Shown: positions 24,701 through 33,860, counted from the first letter of the stretch. The stretch: DNA of 64,000 bases from Schizochytrium sp. TIO01 (GCA_004764695.1 SMSO01000036.1:744001-808000), one strand, 5' to 3'. Translations and numbers: made by a program. The notes: generated by a model from the sequence alone, not told the origin.

Positions 24701-27024
24701 AAGACAAAAGCGTCACTGGAGAGGATGCTGACGAGCAACAACTTGATGAGCAGAATGATGAAGAGGTAGAAGATTTACCCGATGATATGCACATTAAGGA
24801 GGACGAAGATGATGCTGGTGAAGGTGAAGGCGATGACGATGATGTCATGGATGCTGAAGGTGAACATAGCGGCGATGAAGATGTCGCCGAGGATGAGGAC
24901 AAAGAACATGACGATGAGGTTGAAGATAGCAAATTAGATCAAGACCAAGACGATAAGGTGGACGAAGATAATGCAAATGCTGATGACGACCAACGAAAGC
25001 CTGAACGAGAACTTGCGGATTCCGAGGATGATCAAGATGAGAATCAGGAAGAGGACAAGGACGAAGAAGACCCCTCGGAAAAACCTAAACAACTCCCAGA
25101 GCAAGGGGGCGAGGATGATCAAGAAATGGAGGATCGAGCTTTTGGCACGGATGCACCAAAGGCAGGTGAAAATGATGACGAAAATGAACAGAATGAATCA
25201 AATGCAGCTTCAGCTGCCCAGCATGCTGATGATGCTGAGGACGAGGAGGAAGCTCAAGATCGTGAGTCTGGCCAACAAAGTACTAGCCGTGGCAAACCTC
25301 GAGATGACGGTGATGCTAAGGAAGAAGATTGGGTAAAGGATGAGTCCCGTCGCGAAGAAGGTAACGAAAACAAGGAAGAAGATGGAGGAGAGCAGCAACA
25401 GCAGCAGCAGCCTCGAGAACGTCCAAACCCATGGCGGGACGCAGGAAGTGCAATGGAGCACTGGCACCGCCGCCTGAACATGCTTTCTGACGAAAATAAG
25501 GAGGATGAAGGCGAGGAGGAGGACAAGGACAGTGATTCTGGTGAAGTGCAAGAACAACAAGACAAGGACGTTGGTGATCAAGACCAGAATGATGATCGCG
25601 CTTATGAGTTTTCAGAGTCAAAGGCGGAGGCAACAAGTCAGGTTCTCGCACCTTCTGCCAAAGACACCACAGAAGAGGCTGGCCTTCCAGATGAAGAAGA
25701 TGAAGAAGATGAAGGCGCAGATGAGTCCGCAAAGGCTGATCAAGAAGAAGGTGCCGCTTCAGACTCTGAGAGAGATCACAATGAGAGCAAGCGGAAAATG
25801 CCTAATGAAGATGATAACGATAATGATGAAAATGCTCAGGATGCTCAGGAAGACGATGCCCAGCAACAAGTAAAACAGCGTAAAAAGCGTCAGCGGACGG
25901 GTGTAGAATTCGACAGCCAGGATGATGAGGTTGAAGATGCTTCAGATGATGGCAAGAAACGTGAGGGTCTTGATGCTGATGGTGACGCTCAAGATGCGGA
26001 CAATGATCTCAAGTTCCTAATCGAGACCGATGCGAATCTCGCGACTCAAGTGGCTGATGCGCGCAACGAGATGGATGCAGCACGGTTCCGCCGTGGGGAC
26101 TATGATGATGACGACGAGGATGATCTCATGCAAGATACAGTAACCTTTGAAATGAGCGAAGAGGATAGGGAACGTTGGAATCGACTTGCAGGTGATACCA
26201 ACGAAAGTTCTCAGCGACTTTGCGAGCAACTTCGTCTTCTGTTAGAGCCCACGCTTGCATCTAAACTGCGTGGTGATTATCGAACTGGAAAACGTATCAA
26301 TATGCGTCGCGTAATTCCTTACATTGCTAGTCAGTTCCGCAAAGACAAAATTTGGCTGCGCCGGACGAAACCTAGCAAGCGTGAATATCAAGTCTTGCTT
26401 GCAATCGATGACTCTAAGTCGATGGCTGCTTGTGGAGATTTGGCACTGACCGCCTTGGTTACAATTAGTAAGGCTCTGACGAAGCTTGAAGTTGGTCAAG
26501 TTGGAGTTGTCAGTTTTGGCGATGGTGTACAAATTGTTCATGATCTGAACCAACCATTTTCTGATAATAGTGGTGCTTCGGTTGTTTCTCAGGTTAAGTT
26601 CGACCAAGAAAAAACCTCTATTGAGGAGGGATTACATACAATAACACGCCAATTCGAAAAGGCTCGGGGTGACCTCGGTGCTATGCGGTCGACTTCAGGT
26701 CAAGGAACTGAGTTTCGGCAGTTGGCATTTTTCATTTCAGATGGAAGGTTTGACTCGGCAGCACGTGAACGTGTCAAACGGATGGTACGAGAGGCCATGG
26801 CTCAGCGTGTACTGATTGTTCTAGTTATCGTTGAATTTTCCGGTCAAGAAAGCATTTTGACTACTCGCCAGGCAAGTTTTGTGAAGGGCAAGGTCAAGAT
26901 GAGCAACTACCTGGATGACTATCCCTTTCCGCTGTATGTCATTCTCAAAGACATGGAGTCGCTACCTGAGGTTCTTGCTGATGGTTTGCGCCAATGGTTT
27001 GAGCTTTTGAGTAGCCGTGAGTAG
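9766..27024 (+). CDS. MDN1: Midasin (Rea1/MDN1) AAA+ ATPase, ~5752 aa, single exon; likely start ATG 9766 (MARGK)
   Basis: Six AAA modules with Walker A GRSGAGKS, GETGAGKT, GPTSSGKT, GETGCGKT, GSPGVGKT, GASGTGKT; LDELNLA Walker B motifs; long linker; D/E-rich region; LCEQLRLLLEPT..GDYRTGKRINMRRVIPYIASQFRKDKIWLRR; C-terminal MIDAS DDSKSM. Confidence 0.98.
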   Translation: MARGKSVPVGGVSADAKNKDPIAIVHASLGNLGSFEDGLEALMRSATTQLAEDIINGNKTKLNKNKNKSKKNLDNSSDSYVVSLESRVVAVVAGLAEASRVNDACLEMALDVVGCSGAFAGVDFLEAASTDADLIAVCRACELLFTSSAGASVVASRSWHSLYALCMHSSAIVRAHASRAVRELLGLPPSAVLASAAVSKDFKTSKKTKESASAQIPESAAARDTAALLRPPVRLHNGAGEDIEDDNTKNNQSSVLEAIEKHWARGGNSKAVRSATTERNLRAALVAVRNGAPVLLEGRSGAGKSLLVHELARMHGKERTLVELQLDDQMDSKTLLGTYVCTDVPGEFRWQPGALTQAVTSGCWVFIEDIDRAPFEVLAALIPLFESRQLLLPNRDQVISAGPGFQLLATRRTALRGPPLLERLWTSVHVQPLPPQELLAVVKHLYKDMSASLLALILRTFQCIVRAASTPSRRPKLVADEAHANGEKTAKSTRNSGDKTTNVSDDDSRMDLEEEDEQQDDDLPALPIDPKRVIPGRTMSERDLFKWLRRIGTLVQLSARERKNNGGIFLTEQEREDILMEAMDCFVAAVPSFEARIAMAQWLAQVWHLPEERLVHRVRAHKPEVAPRSRSNPSLRVGRARLRMSPSEDAPAPSRVAATGVSMRLLEQIACSVKMNEPVLLVGETGAGKTSMVQHLARLLGKKLVVQNMHVQSDTTELLGGFKPVQLRHVALPLYAHFVDLFCKTFSESANQRFLSAVEEGVAKANWKKLSKACAAACKMADAKFIKLLKAWEAKENPRKRRRKGTPSKKDGQDENEDGEEEEEPEMDKREIAEREAAWEVFRVEADRFERQRKRVENSFAFSFEEGALVKAIRAGDWVLLDEINLASGETLERLSALLDDEEGTLSLTERGDLERVKRHPDFRLFAAMNPATDVGKRDLPPALRSRFTELYVDEVEDVADLQLVVGLYLSDIPNPPVQDIVDLYLMARKRANEQTLLDGANQPPRYSLRTLCRALITARVLLTKGFGLPRALYESFIMTFATLLNEKSLKVMSKLLKKTFVSEMSSKALESAPRCPGTRSTRDSYILCDKFWLQKGPRLLRNILDAMPESGPAAEAAKLEAAIEDRAAQSLLDAFVETPTVLHNIQALARAIAAQKYPVLLQGPTSSGKTTMVSYLAAKAGYKCVRINNHEHTDLQEYMGSYVSDERGNLVFREGALVEAVRKGYWIVLDELNLAPSEVLEALNRLLDDNREVFIPETQEVVKPHPNFMLFATQNPPGLYGGRKMLSRAFRNRFLELHVGEIPTSELETILNKRCALAPSFCKVLVNVMTDLQMHRQQSKLFAGKEGFITPRDLLRWANRNPASYEELAVEGFRLLGDRVRTDADKLVVQAVIEKHCKTKLTDDLLYPVIGTNFEACQSDRAKEEGVSKVVPTRAMRRTYALVRRCLQVKEPALLIGETGCGKTTVCQMLAIEANQLLQILNCHQNTDTADILGSLRPMRNKNQLQNKAWELAAQFNWTVQSCTSLDDLESRATAKIASLKATVASEAMKDATEEEDANSEIQDASLEPLQEIVALVRRYRALFEWQDGPLVASMRDGDMFLLDELSLAEDAVLERLNSVLEPSRTLFLAERGGDQVEEIVANASFRILATMNPGGDYGKRELSPALRNRFTEIWIPPVHDESDLRLILTQHLGVIAENSQQSGLAAALASFYTWFNGPAQNNHALIQLTLRDLISWAAFMVHIARTTYIEPWIAFLHGAGLVLLDGLGLGSGISEESCRSLRLRACSFLLDSVPRETQMLVERGDDLLLRNFHSSNKDSVKVKEEEVEVKEDSEMQDTGTRVIEEGDAENKFGMHPFYISMGPVQERNASYALDAPTTSENLARVLRAMQLERPILLEGSPGVGKTSLIASLAKRSGHRLVRINLSEQTDFADLIGSDIPAASTPTEGDGITEKATSGAKFTWSDGVFLAALKAGDWVLLDELNLASQSVLEGLNACLDHRGTVYVPELNQSFHCPPSFRVFAAQNPVQQGGGRKGLPKSFLNRFTKVFVEQLTDTDYHYIVSQMYPAMSEDLIQRLVAFNGAIVRDTVTTLRYARNGAPWEFNLRDIFRLCELCTGAEDMEAAIIRHVGMIYFDRLRTEEDRDKMRAAFAENFGKPWVPRRIELRSSMGMLSVGAAAVERSIFASNERSSCDEAETPQGFLPRTTLPALEHIAHCVVKQWPVLLLGASGTGKTSILRSFAQLCGRRLHEFAVTSSTDSTELLGCFEQVDLDRKVRELRSSLMTLCCTVLRQIFMLGDSTESSKTLECARALEEHRHILLHGPTPLPRPMLEAVFTDLCKILGPKNPHHLHESQLEYFQSELQRLQREWAAELDASTSGALLGAFEWVDGTLVRAMERGDWVVLNNANLCNPTVLDRLNPVLEMGGELMINECGMVNGKPRIIRPHKDFRIFLVADPSFGEVSRAMRNRCVEISLLSPSWSSVVDAGDAARVLAQLGMSPLVTDKMIRTFSLLAGREERIAKETACPGHLVRWAKMFRTFDSFSVCGAGNVSAALAQSFTACFDMEMPSESLNPTGTADAEAGVLSDSSRAQLVLDTARFPWACAPVLGDGDARLLHVLQTGAALALLDMSEGDMNSSSIRAAVSHFIHAATESDWSLRAAFAIDLGNENLANLTAFIQQKWELMRSNDSPPVSRKMLQEQLIDEALVDDTMRFCGHLVNIAFSMWIDLFLEDNRVPKPQSQANGNTSDSRANTFYDAIVLCARGELSKSEIRVPGAAILPVLLMALTKFVEIVAKVLLKNCQYVELETRNVVVKLLRNLITIRTNMVRIMLDVGIRFSSKDVPQLHLAMSKVSLEARAAAKSCGQICKALSAQGELQIAVQDLRHAFKRVDKALGAHSSQCALAFSASQSVSDESSNSATLVVAERDAQVARKLWKQCGQPRPMRSKPLFEALYRALMLSKQTWLLSGTSFRSALEAGHLSLIVNDEHRQMLIDAACALRWANAQRSDSDATMEETANAVEQIIRRIDEVAVAKQTLIQSANTEYRMLGAVDQWPVMSNDQLCKLADPEANKALRGQAPEASLHWGLVQLQPLMDLWACKALLRVIVQAYANPESSANPAIIEEMVSYVSEVSSIPPHILVPFKELALRKEAKADCSNLELDLMHSFYEAVWSGMFNEREGVDADASAHIREDLAKFIVKNKNFGPLVEVDTFSDGLGAGLPRLFQDLVSVVVFRVVRGSGVGLDSNQPRDRATKPFGETISIRDRSMRLAQLQVLLSHLVHDSRKNLVGDLDASTVVEDDRQLFWYHLETTLHSVCNTSEEVHSVLRMHLMNPEKMDRVTVEHFQNALQLIDAKLAKFESPLIDRTLRQLMRTFENAIDRTNLAMSWTLLALFRLHMLAPASAVDPCLKPQVRLLRASGTCEEIKAELMVREQNDSITGRAFGPLAHVHEGLIEQREKLTEEIAELRERVVYRPMVGDAGFSSLYSAVAEFNSSIGAVQRVLDVTQAIQSRLHDADTQEEMILEACRQLCMSLERDYQGFEDVVRPVQVSLRQLQHGLRSLGYESRRNLESSQRTESLSEVRRILGAFPSTLVDASHTRTRDPLVALESTLHSRNLVNRRTWTRMLEAVFARTACLMTQLSGEKRSEEAWGLVSRILSSFADEYLTEKVERKKREEEENLSFRFKTREHLAAGTPEAIQAQEEASFREMFPDFHEEFDQVAKQVLADLDEFAIDDEDDRQQKMDDEDEDDADGETGEAGDRLEGLERRSYVVIVERVLSLLSDASKRVGVSKINLQDFFGPAYHAAGIFADPLELQVGAPPGGLLGAHLLALGLGASDCQRRSKLVPLANEPQDVTVDLGEVVPVKKNLNQDSFVEEVALLEIPLIQLSTKLDELLAMWPDNAPLLQLAKLTMRLRELPLTCPLMRALVGIETLLRVANDWEMVAHKDVSIRAFTAPFVRLVVRWRKLELRSWPFLLEDRARSAKDEAKLWFYDTFALVNGDLEDADAADGLFKTMDQFARTGTLGCFETRLELVRALGELLQRKRISSEEGSNNGESTELENQFWHLQKYYAQWVADIRATAERQRAPIKQKLRDQVKLAKWDDRNYYALKESAEKTHRLLHRLSKEVDEILEQPVYRTIEHVLDSRVGKRTEPRSGEGTATLVEMDDIDTSALPAVGLSVRGQAKGTSIVPGISEVAPMDTPAGYGLRLPKLLTKTESISRKVICQALISDTWREGIVRAADMNEAIVQRIQSLRTGKAPQSAKQRAMVDLFRALREEGLAQARVDNEMLFSKEVENGSGTTLKLFSTQPVLIEDLERIGMSGSASGLFARADRDFYKNLAQLQRLRVNIVAGALSPDMPRMQMQRGLRFCEHIMEIIVDQRVSFAGHVKSRVDMQNAMKDLERVANCEASLGQEGQVLQSTISALLSTLSFNVLELVELMRVLSSQPNADEVTMYLRARGSRSSLDKLGSLDALCRFAAGAGTSDLMAVSDKIKRAQDLAASGLGAKYLTSSEIEHLKELPEFLRDIQSSCGSMTQSMHKAGMPEEVFAEFSANVLDLVDLGENFSGAVATALLCEQETSDASISKLSTEPALRAIDAVIELSLVIVQDLRQTMLPYTNKKSKEALKADSIAEEESKEDKDNESTLVQRHEEQIKLLKNTRVDKLATRIAAAADACGIIMSSGSLEEDAAKGLRSLVALVHKFVSQVEVSVQALETQSVEFLAHMGRFEFLLLRVFRSVASNGFCKPPDEEEGEGESAEAFGESEGTGMGEGKGREDVTDEIEDEEQLLGQKKEQEEDQNKEQEEQSDERKGDDGMEMENEFEGEMYDVEDQEQQDDGDDDKDEEEELDREMGDLDREDEHVVDEKLWNEDDEDSEGEGEEDEQEKFEKDAPMDGDDGQDELRAKEDDDGKDKDKKKKQQEDDAKDDKPDPQKPADDQEGDQQQEEDENEGQNRVDEAENVEDRHMDVAEDEDKSVTGEDADEQQLDEQNDEEVEDLPDDMHIKEDEDDAGEGEGDDDDVMDAEGEHSGDEDVAEDEDKEHDDEVEDSKLDQDQDDKVDEDNANADDDQRKPERELADSEDDQDENQEEDKDEEDPSEKPKQLPEQGGEDDQEMEDRAFGTDAPKAGENDDENEQNESNAASAAQHADDAEDEEEAQDRESGQQSTSRGKPRDDGDAKEEDWVKDESRREEGNENKEEDGGEQQQQQQPRERPNPWRDAGSAMEHWHRRLNMLSDENKEDEGEEEDKDSDSGEVQEQQDKDVGDQDQNDDRAYEFSESKAEATSQVLAPSAKDTTEEAGLPDEEDEEDEGADESAKADQEEGAASDSERDHNESKRKMPNEDDNDNDENAQDAQEDDAQQQVKQRKKRQRTGVEFDSQDDEVEDASDDGKKREGLDADGDAQDADNDLKFLIETDANLATQVADARNEMDAARFRRGDYDDDDEDDLMQDTVTFEMSEEDRERWNRLAGDTNESSQRLCEQLRLLLEPTLASKLRGDYRTGKRINMRRVIPYIASQFRKDKIWLRRTKPSKREYQVLLAIDDSKSMAACGDLALTALVTISKALTKLEVGQVGVVSFGDGVQIVHDLNQPFSDNSGASVVSQVKFDQEKTSIEEGLHTITRQFEKARGDLGAMRSTSGQGTEFRQLAFFISDGRFDSAARERVKRMVREAMAQRVLIVLVIVEFSGQESILTTRQASFVKGKVKMSNYLDDYPFPLYVILKDMESLPEVLADGLRQWFELLSSRE

Positions 27025-27476
27025 TAATACGTCTAATAACAGGTTCCTTCTGGTCTTCTGCTCTTTAGATGAATGAAATGAAATAGCATAGTATTTTAAA
27101 ATATATCTTTACTTTGATTTAAGAGACAGACTTACCAGGTGTTTTTTTTTTTTAAATAGATCATTTCATTTAGCCTTTGGATGAACTATGGCGGTGATTG
27201 ATAACGATATCTTGAGTTATAGGTTCTGTCAATACACTTCTTTGAAAGCATGGTTGATGGGGTCTTCTTATGCTGCTCAAGTCTTACTTGGCGCACCATA
27301 TTAAAGAAATCAATATTATTTCTCACCTAGAATGGTAGAAGATATTTCGAAAAGGATAAATTGCTCAAAAAAAAGAAAAGAGCTAGAGAATACATTTTTG
27401 ATTTTGGGCCGAAGTATGTGTTTATACGGAATCATAATGTTATGTAGATGAATCTATCTGCTTGTGCATTCAAGCA

Positions 27477-27941
27477 TTACTTGAACAGAGCGACAAACTC
27501 CTCGTAGTCTACTCTGCCGTCACCTGATGTGTCCATCTCTTTAATCATAGTTTCAATATCAATATTTAAGCAAAAGTCATGCTTGATAATTTTGATGAGC
27601 TTCTCGGCATCTACAAATCCACTCAGATCAGCACCCCCTCCAACAGCCACCCAGGCATCGAAGATATCACGTTCCTTTCCTGTGTCGTTGTTTTCAAGCT
27701 TTTGGCGAGCCATAACAACCAAGAACTCACTGAACTCAATACTATTCGAATCATTGTCATCCACTTCGCTAATCATGTGTAAAATTTCTTGATCTGTAGG
27801 CTTTTGTCCGAGTGCTTCAAGGATGCCTTTGAGTTCCCAGGATTCGATGGTACCACTTCCGTCTGCGTCGAACTGCATGAATGCCTTGTGGCAGTCCTCA
27901 ATCTCTTCCTCTGTGAGGACCTCATGGACATTGATGGACAT
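27477..27941 (-). CDS. Calmodulin-like EF-hand protein, most like flagellar outer-arm dynein 18-kDa light chain (LC4)
   Basis: EF loops DADGSGTIESWE, DDNDSNSIEFSE, DTSGDGRVDYEE. The third EF site is degenerate (DAWVAVGGGADLSG), as I recall for Chlamydomonas LC4 (DAFVALGG..D..G), unlike calmodulin or centrin. Confidence 0.8.
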   Translation of the reverse strand: MSINVHEVLTEEEIEDCHKAFMQFDADGSGTIESWELKGILEALGQKPTDQEILHMISEVDDNDSNSIEFSEFLVVMARQKLENNDTGKERDIFDAWVAVGGGADLSGFVDAEKLIKIIKHDFCLNIDIETMIKEMDTSGDGRVDYEEFVALFK

Positions 27942-30900
27942 TTTGCTGTGAAATCTGTGAGGTTAAATGCTGTTGCAAGTTTCTTGCAACACCCGTATGA
28001 GCAACAAACCCAGAAGAAACCAAGGAAAGTCACAGCTTAACCTCAACTTCTCAGGTCAAGCCAAGCAAGAGATGTCTGCTAAGTAAGTATGAGTTTACCG
28101 TCACGCTCACCTAACGCAACACTCCATCTAAGGCTTTGGACACTCAGGAAGGGAGTATATTCATGTTTTCTGATGCTTTACATTACTATTATTTCCATTT
28201 GCATTAAAAAAAGACCGTTGACTAAAAAACGTAACCTATAAATGTATAACTAAGTATGTGTCGTTAAGTAACCTTAATCAGAATGAAGAGCAAACGTAAT
28301 ATACTCCCCCCCTTGAATAAGGAGAGAATGCATTTTATCACATCGAGGGGGGTAAGCAGGGGACGAGTGATGTGCGCTGTCCTCCACTCATCTTCGATCA
28401 TAGACGGAAAAAGAACGCGACTACTTTCAGCACGGGCAAGAAAGTTTACAATCATAACTGTATTTTCTGCCGTCACAATGACAAACTTGTGGGAGGTCTA
28501 CTGACATGAATGGAAGCTTACATTTCCATTGTTGCGACTCTCGATTCGCAACCCATCAACACTGCATTAGGTCCTACGTACCACATGAAAGCCAAGAATC
28601 ATGTTAAGGTCGCTAGTAGATACCTATTTCTTAGTAGCACTCTTCTGGGGCCACGAGCTCCGGATACAAGTAGTTAGCTAGGGACTAATGGGTGCGGATT
28701 TTTTTTAATGTTTTTGTCATTCACCATTAGGCTATCACATTCAAACCGAAAGGAACTTGCTCTTGAACGCTGATGTGCTTGTTTTCACCCAGACTTTTAC
28801 GATGAGCTATGTCAAGCATAAACAAAACATCGTTACTTCAATGTTCGAGGATGCAAGGTCAAAGTTAGAAGATTCTAAAATCAGACTTATCTCTTTTACA
28901 ACGTTTGGTGTTGCAGCTCGTGAGACATCTTAGCAAAATGACAAACATCGTTTCCTAAGTGGTCCACCCGCATACCTGCATAGCTACTGTGCTGAGCAGA
29001 CTTAAAGAATTTCTAACAAAAAGATTATGTTTACCATGATGAACCAGAGCCACGCCAACTTATTTGATTTATTTCGGGAGCTTTCAAAACAGAAAAGCAT
29101 GAAAGGTAGAGCCCGTCTAGTCCTACAAAACTCACACGCAATGAAATCGACTGCAAAGCATCGTTACGATCGTGTTCCTGCTCAGCGCAACTTTTAATTC
29201 ATAAGCACACTTTTGGCATGAGTCCCACCGAAGACGGAACTACAGAGGAGAGAACCACTTCCAGGAGATCGAGGCTCGGGGCACCGCAAGCTGTTTGGAA
29301 GACCTTTTGCAGCCGATGCAACATCCCAGCCATTCCTTTCCCATGTTATCGAACTGAGCGGAAAGTTTCAGGGGAGCTTGTTCTCACTGAGTCTAGTGCA
29401 CGGGTCATTCTTTTGACGATTGTAGTGGCAGATAGAGGGAGGAAAGCACATGTTATTCTTGAGCTTTAAGGCAGAGAGTGCTCTGAAGGATACCATTCAA
29501 GCTTCAAGCTCAGGCTGCCAGTGTGTTTAAAGCTTTAAAAAAAGTTTAGAACAAGGCCTAAATAACAATAAATCTCAGAAAATGCTGAAGGGTTTTGACC
29601 TTTTTCTTTTCTTTTATATTAAAAAGGTAGTACGAGGTACATGTGACAAGAAAAGCTAATTTCCAGAGTTCCCTGTCTTGAGAAGTTGCCACCTTGAAGT
29701 GAAAGGGTTGGTAGGGGTAGACTTCCGACTGTCATGGTAGTGACAACAACCAAATATAGTAAACAATGATAATTTGAAAATATAAGTACCTCGTTACTGC
29801 CAATCCATCAATCCTTGCCAGAGTTAGAAAAAAAAAGAAAGAAAGAAAGAAAAAAAAAAAGAGGGGTGTCACGCAATAGAATAGGTGAAGTTAGCAGGTA
29901 GAGACAGGTAGAAGGTAAATTATTTAATCAACTACCCTGCTGAGTTGCATGCTTGCTCAGGAATTCAAGCCGTAAAATAGTAGAAAACAAAAAGCTCAAA
30001 AGACTCGATATTTAATTCACACGAGTATTCAGGATTGCTGTATCCTATCAAAGATACCCTAATTTGAGAACGCCTTCTGAAGGAAGTTGCCTCGCATCCA
30101 GTCGTACGAGTTCCTGGGAACTGACATATAGATAGACCTAGATCAATATAGAGCGCTGTTACTAAATCTTCGAGTTAGCAGAGACTTTACTTGATAAGCT
30201 GGGCGTTTGTTTTGTGCGCTATATACGAAATTAGTTGATGCATTGCTGATACAGCCTGATTTGCAAGTGAAAAATGACACAGGTAAAGCGCAGAAACTCC
30301 CACCAGGGTGTGGTATTCGAGCATGCAACATAGTGGCTCAAGCAGGAATGGGACTCTAAGTAGCCATATATTTGGTTTAGTGTTGCTTCTATTTCTATTA
30401 GAACGAGGTTGTAATTCGAACAACTACTCTATAATGTTCATGAAATTAAATCAAATTCCAAGAGGACACCAAATACCTCCATGCAGATAGTAGACAAGGT
30501 CGAGGCAGAGTAGTTGATTCAAATTGAGCTTTTGATTATGCAAACAAGAATATATATTCATCCAAGCTGGTCAAATATGTGTCCTCTACAATGTAAAACC
30601 GATCGCTCAAGGTTAGAAAGCTTGAGTTGAAATGATTTTCAAAACAATATTATCAATGGAAAGAAGAACCTACTTAGAAAATGTCAAATTCACCTTGCAG
30701 CATTCACTTCATTTATGTTATTCTTGGAGTACCTACCTTCGCGTTTGAATTTCCACTGTGTTCTTCAATGTAGCTTAACTCGGGTGAAATAACTGCAGGT
30801 GATTTTCTCAATTGCATTGATTCACTATCAATGTTTGAAGAGAGCTAAATCTGTGAATTTCTGAAGGGCCAAAGCTCTCTGTGACTTGAAAACAAGACTA

Positions 30901-31769
30901 TCACTTTACGGTATATAGATACAGGCCGAGTATTAATTTTTTTTTTATAGTTATAATAGGTATAGAGGCCTAATATATATAGATGATATAGATATAATTT
31001 TTTGGTCTTATAAGGAGGTATACATGAATAAGTCAGAGCTAGAATAAGTTTTGAGTTCCTTGCTTGTGATAACTATTGGCTGGGACCCTTCACAAAACAT
31101 ATGACACCCTGATCTCAAATCAACAGTACGAAATCAAAGGTAAGCCGGAGCCATTCATTTGGTCAATACCACTTTTAAAAATGTTGTTTTTGTTGAATTA
31201 AAAAAATAGTAGCAGTAGTCAAATAGCGTACTAGGCAGTTCCACTGTTACAAAAAAATCTTAATCACTATTAATATATATTCTATGTGATAGTAGTATTT
31301 AAAATACTAATTAAAAAAAGAGGATGACAATATCTTCCCCCTTTCCAGTAGGGGAAATTTTAAAAATTTATTGTTGCCTGGATTTTGTACCTACCTAAAT
31401 ATCTTAGATACTGTGTTACTAGTGGACACTAACAAAGTACAATTCTATGTCCTCTCTTTTGGCCCTTCCTACTAGTGCACTTTTTAGAACTTTGAAGAAA
31501 GCTGATGAATCAGTGGTGGCAGTGCTCCCGCTCGAGTTCTTGGGTTTGTCAGTTAAAATTTGTTGCACAGAAAATATAAGAGCTGCGTAACCTTTTTGTT
31601 CTGATGTTCTGACTCCTCAGGCTGGCTGCCAGCTTGTATAAGTTGACGTGGTTCATACGTTAGCTATGGCACTGGCCTTTGTTGATCAACAGCAAGAAAG
31701 TTTATAACTTTCTTTGTGGTTTTCATCTTGGCTCTGGGATGTTGTTCATTATGTCCTATCGAAGTTTTT

Positions 31770-31832
31770 TATTTTAATATTACAATATTAAATATATATA
31801 TATATATTAAATATATATATTAAATATTAAAT
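31770..31832. repeat. AT/TA low-complexity tract
   Basis: aatattaaatatatatatatatattaaatatatatattaaatattaa. Confidence 0.75.
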
Positions 31833-33129
31833 CAACGCCAATTCTCGACAAGTTCACCCGAAGAGAAAGGTTGGCGGAGTGGCCAAGTTTCAAGACGTTT
31901 ATAGACATGTGTGTTGCAGTGTAAGTTTTGTTCTTGTACTGTCAGGCGCAATCTGGCATGGGTTCATTCTGCGAGGCCGTAAAAATAGTAAAATGAAATA
32001 TGTCAATATCTGTCTACCTCCTACTTTTATAGAAGAGAGCCTACATTATTGAAGAAAAAAAGAACAATGGGAATCAAAGAATTCCAATTGCAATAACTAC
32101 AGGCTGATCGCCCGCAACATAGTACTCCATTTCTCAGTTGAACATTGGGCATCTAACAACGCCACGTTTGATTGGGCTTGAGCTGGTGACGCGCTGCGTG
32201 TTACAGGCTCGGCCATGGGCCACGTCTCTTTCTTTCTTGATGTCCTATACCTAACGTTTTTCATTTATCTTCAAGTTGTTCTGTTATATTATCTCTACTA
32301 GCTGCTAGTTAGTAGGTAGGTAGTATATTGTGATTTAATTTTTAAAAAAGGAAAAAAAGAAAAAGAAGAATTGAAAATTGAAAATAAAAAATTGAAAATG
32401 TGTAGCTATTGTTCTTGCTACCAGTAGTAGCTTAAGTTTGCATGCCACTCAACTTGGATGGAAATGTTTCTGCCGCCTCGAAATAGTTAATTTGCATCAG
32501 AGATAGTGATCAACCTCGACTTTCGGCATTGCGTTGCACTTTCTCAAAATCGGTCTATCTATATAAAAGAGGTCGCTAGTTAGCTTGAAAAGTAGGTAAA
32601 GTCAGGAGGACAACACGACTCGGTTGTAGACTTACTTTGGGGGTAAGAATCAATTTTCTTGCGAGTGAGTCGTTAGCTGAGCAAGATTTTCAATTCAACT
32701 CGTATGAATTACGTATTAAACTCTACTGCCATGAACTACTTTCTATTTTTGCACCTGAAAGATAATTTTTTTTGTAGTTGGTTAGTTCGTTTTCTGCCCT
32801 AGTTGCGGAGTCTCTTGTCCAATCACTCCTCTTTGGAGCCTGCTTGCCGCCTACTAGTCTTAGTAAAAAGGTCCTTCGATATCGGTCTCAAGTCCTCATC
32901 ATTTCTTGCGAATTCTTCAATCTAAGGATGATGAGTTTGTGTGAAGATCTCGGCCCTTCTTACATCTCGATAGAGCAATATATATTTTTTAATATCTTTT
33001 CTTTTATTAATTAATTATTTATTTATTCATAGAGTGGCATTTATTTCGAATTGGACGACTACTAAGTATTACTAGCCTCCCTCTCAAAGCACATGTTGAG
33101 CAGACCTGTCTTTTTTCTTTCTCTTTCTT

Positions 33130-33860
33130 GGATACCTACCTACCTACCTCTACCACTATTACTATTACTACTCCTACTCCTACTCCTACTGCTATTACTG
33201 CTACTGCTACTGCTACTACTGCTATTGCTACTGGACTACTATGTCCCTACCTACTTACTATCCGTCAAAGAGTGTGAGCGATTGATCATTTGTTCCTGCC
33301 ATAATACCAAAATACAGAGGGAGACAGAGAGAGAGACGAGACGGGCCCATCCATTCCGTTCCATTCCATTCTATTCTGTCCACTCCGCTTCCTTTCTCCT
33401 GAGATGGCTTCGAGGCTCCTGACCAGGAGGGCTGGTTTGGGTCTGGGTTTCTCGCCCCCCTCCTCCTCCTCCTCCCTCCGCGCGAGCAGCGCAAGGGGCT
33501 TCTCGGAGTCCGACTTGGCTCCTCCTCCTCCTCCTCCTCCTCCTCCTCCTTGTTCTTCTCCTCCTTGTTCTTCTTCGCTTTCGCTCTCTCTCTCTCTCTC
33601 TGCTTTCCTTCGCTCTCCTTCGAGTTCTTTCTTTCATTCTGCACAGCCCTCCTTTTCAAGTGCTCCTCCTCTTTTCTCTCCTCTTTCTTCTCCTCTTTTC
33701 TCTCCTCTTTGTTCTTCTCTTTGTTCTTTCTTTTCTTCTTTCTTTTCTTCTTCTTCTTCTTCTTCTTCGCTCCTCAATTTTCCTCTTTTCCTGGAAGCCC
33801 CGTCTCGACCCCTACTATGTGGCCTCCTACCCTTAACCGTACCCCCCCCTCTCTATTCCC
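33130..33860. repeat. Compound microsatellite / polypyrimidine tract: (CTA/CTG)n, (CCATT)n, (CCT)n, (CT)n, (TTC)n
   Basis: Directly visible repeats. They generate the spurious poly-L, poly-P, poly-S and poly-E ORFs. Confidence 0.9.

Noticed and set aside
23914-25732. Hydrophobic or Ser-rich antisense ORFs inside midasin (also opposite PWP1)
   Set aside because: Mirror images of GAT/GAA/GAC-rich acidic coding sequence.
27477-27941. Calmodulin or centrin assignment
   Set aside because: Too divergent from calmodulin, and the degenerate third EF-hand fits LC4 better.
28700-29500. Coding-like composition with interrupted frames
   Set aside because: May be a decayed gene or TE, but no family motif was identified.
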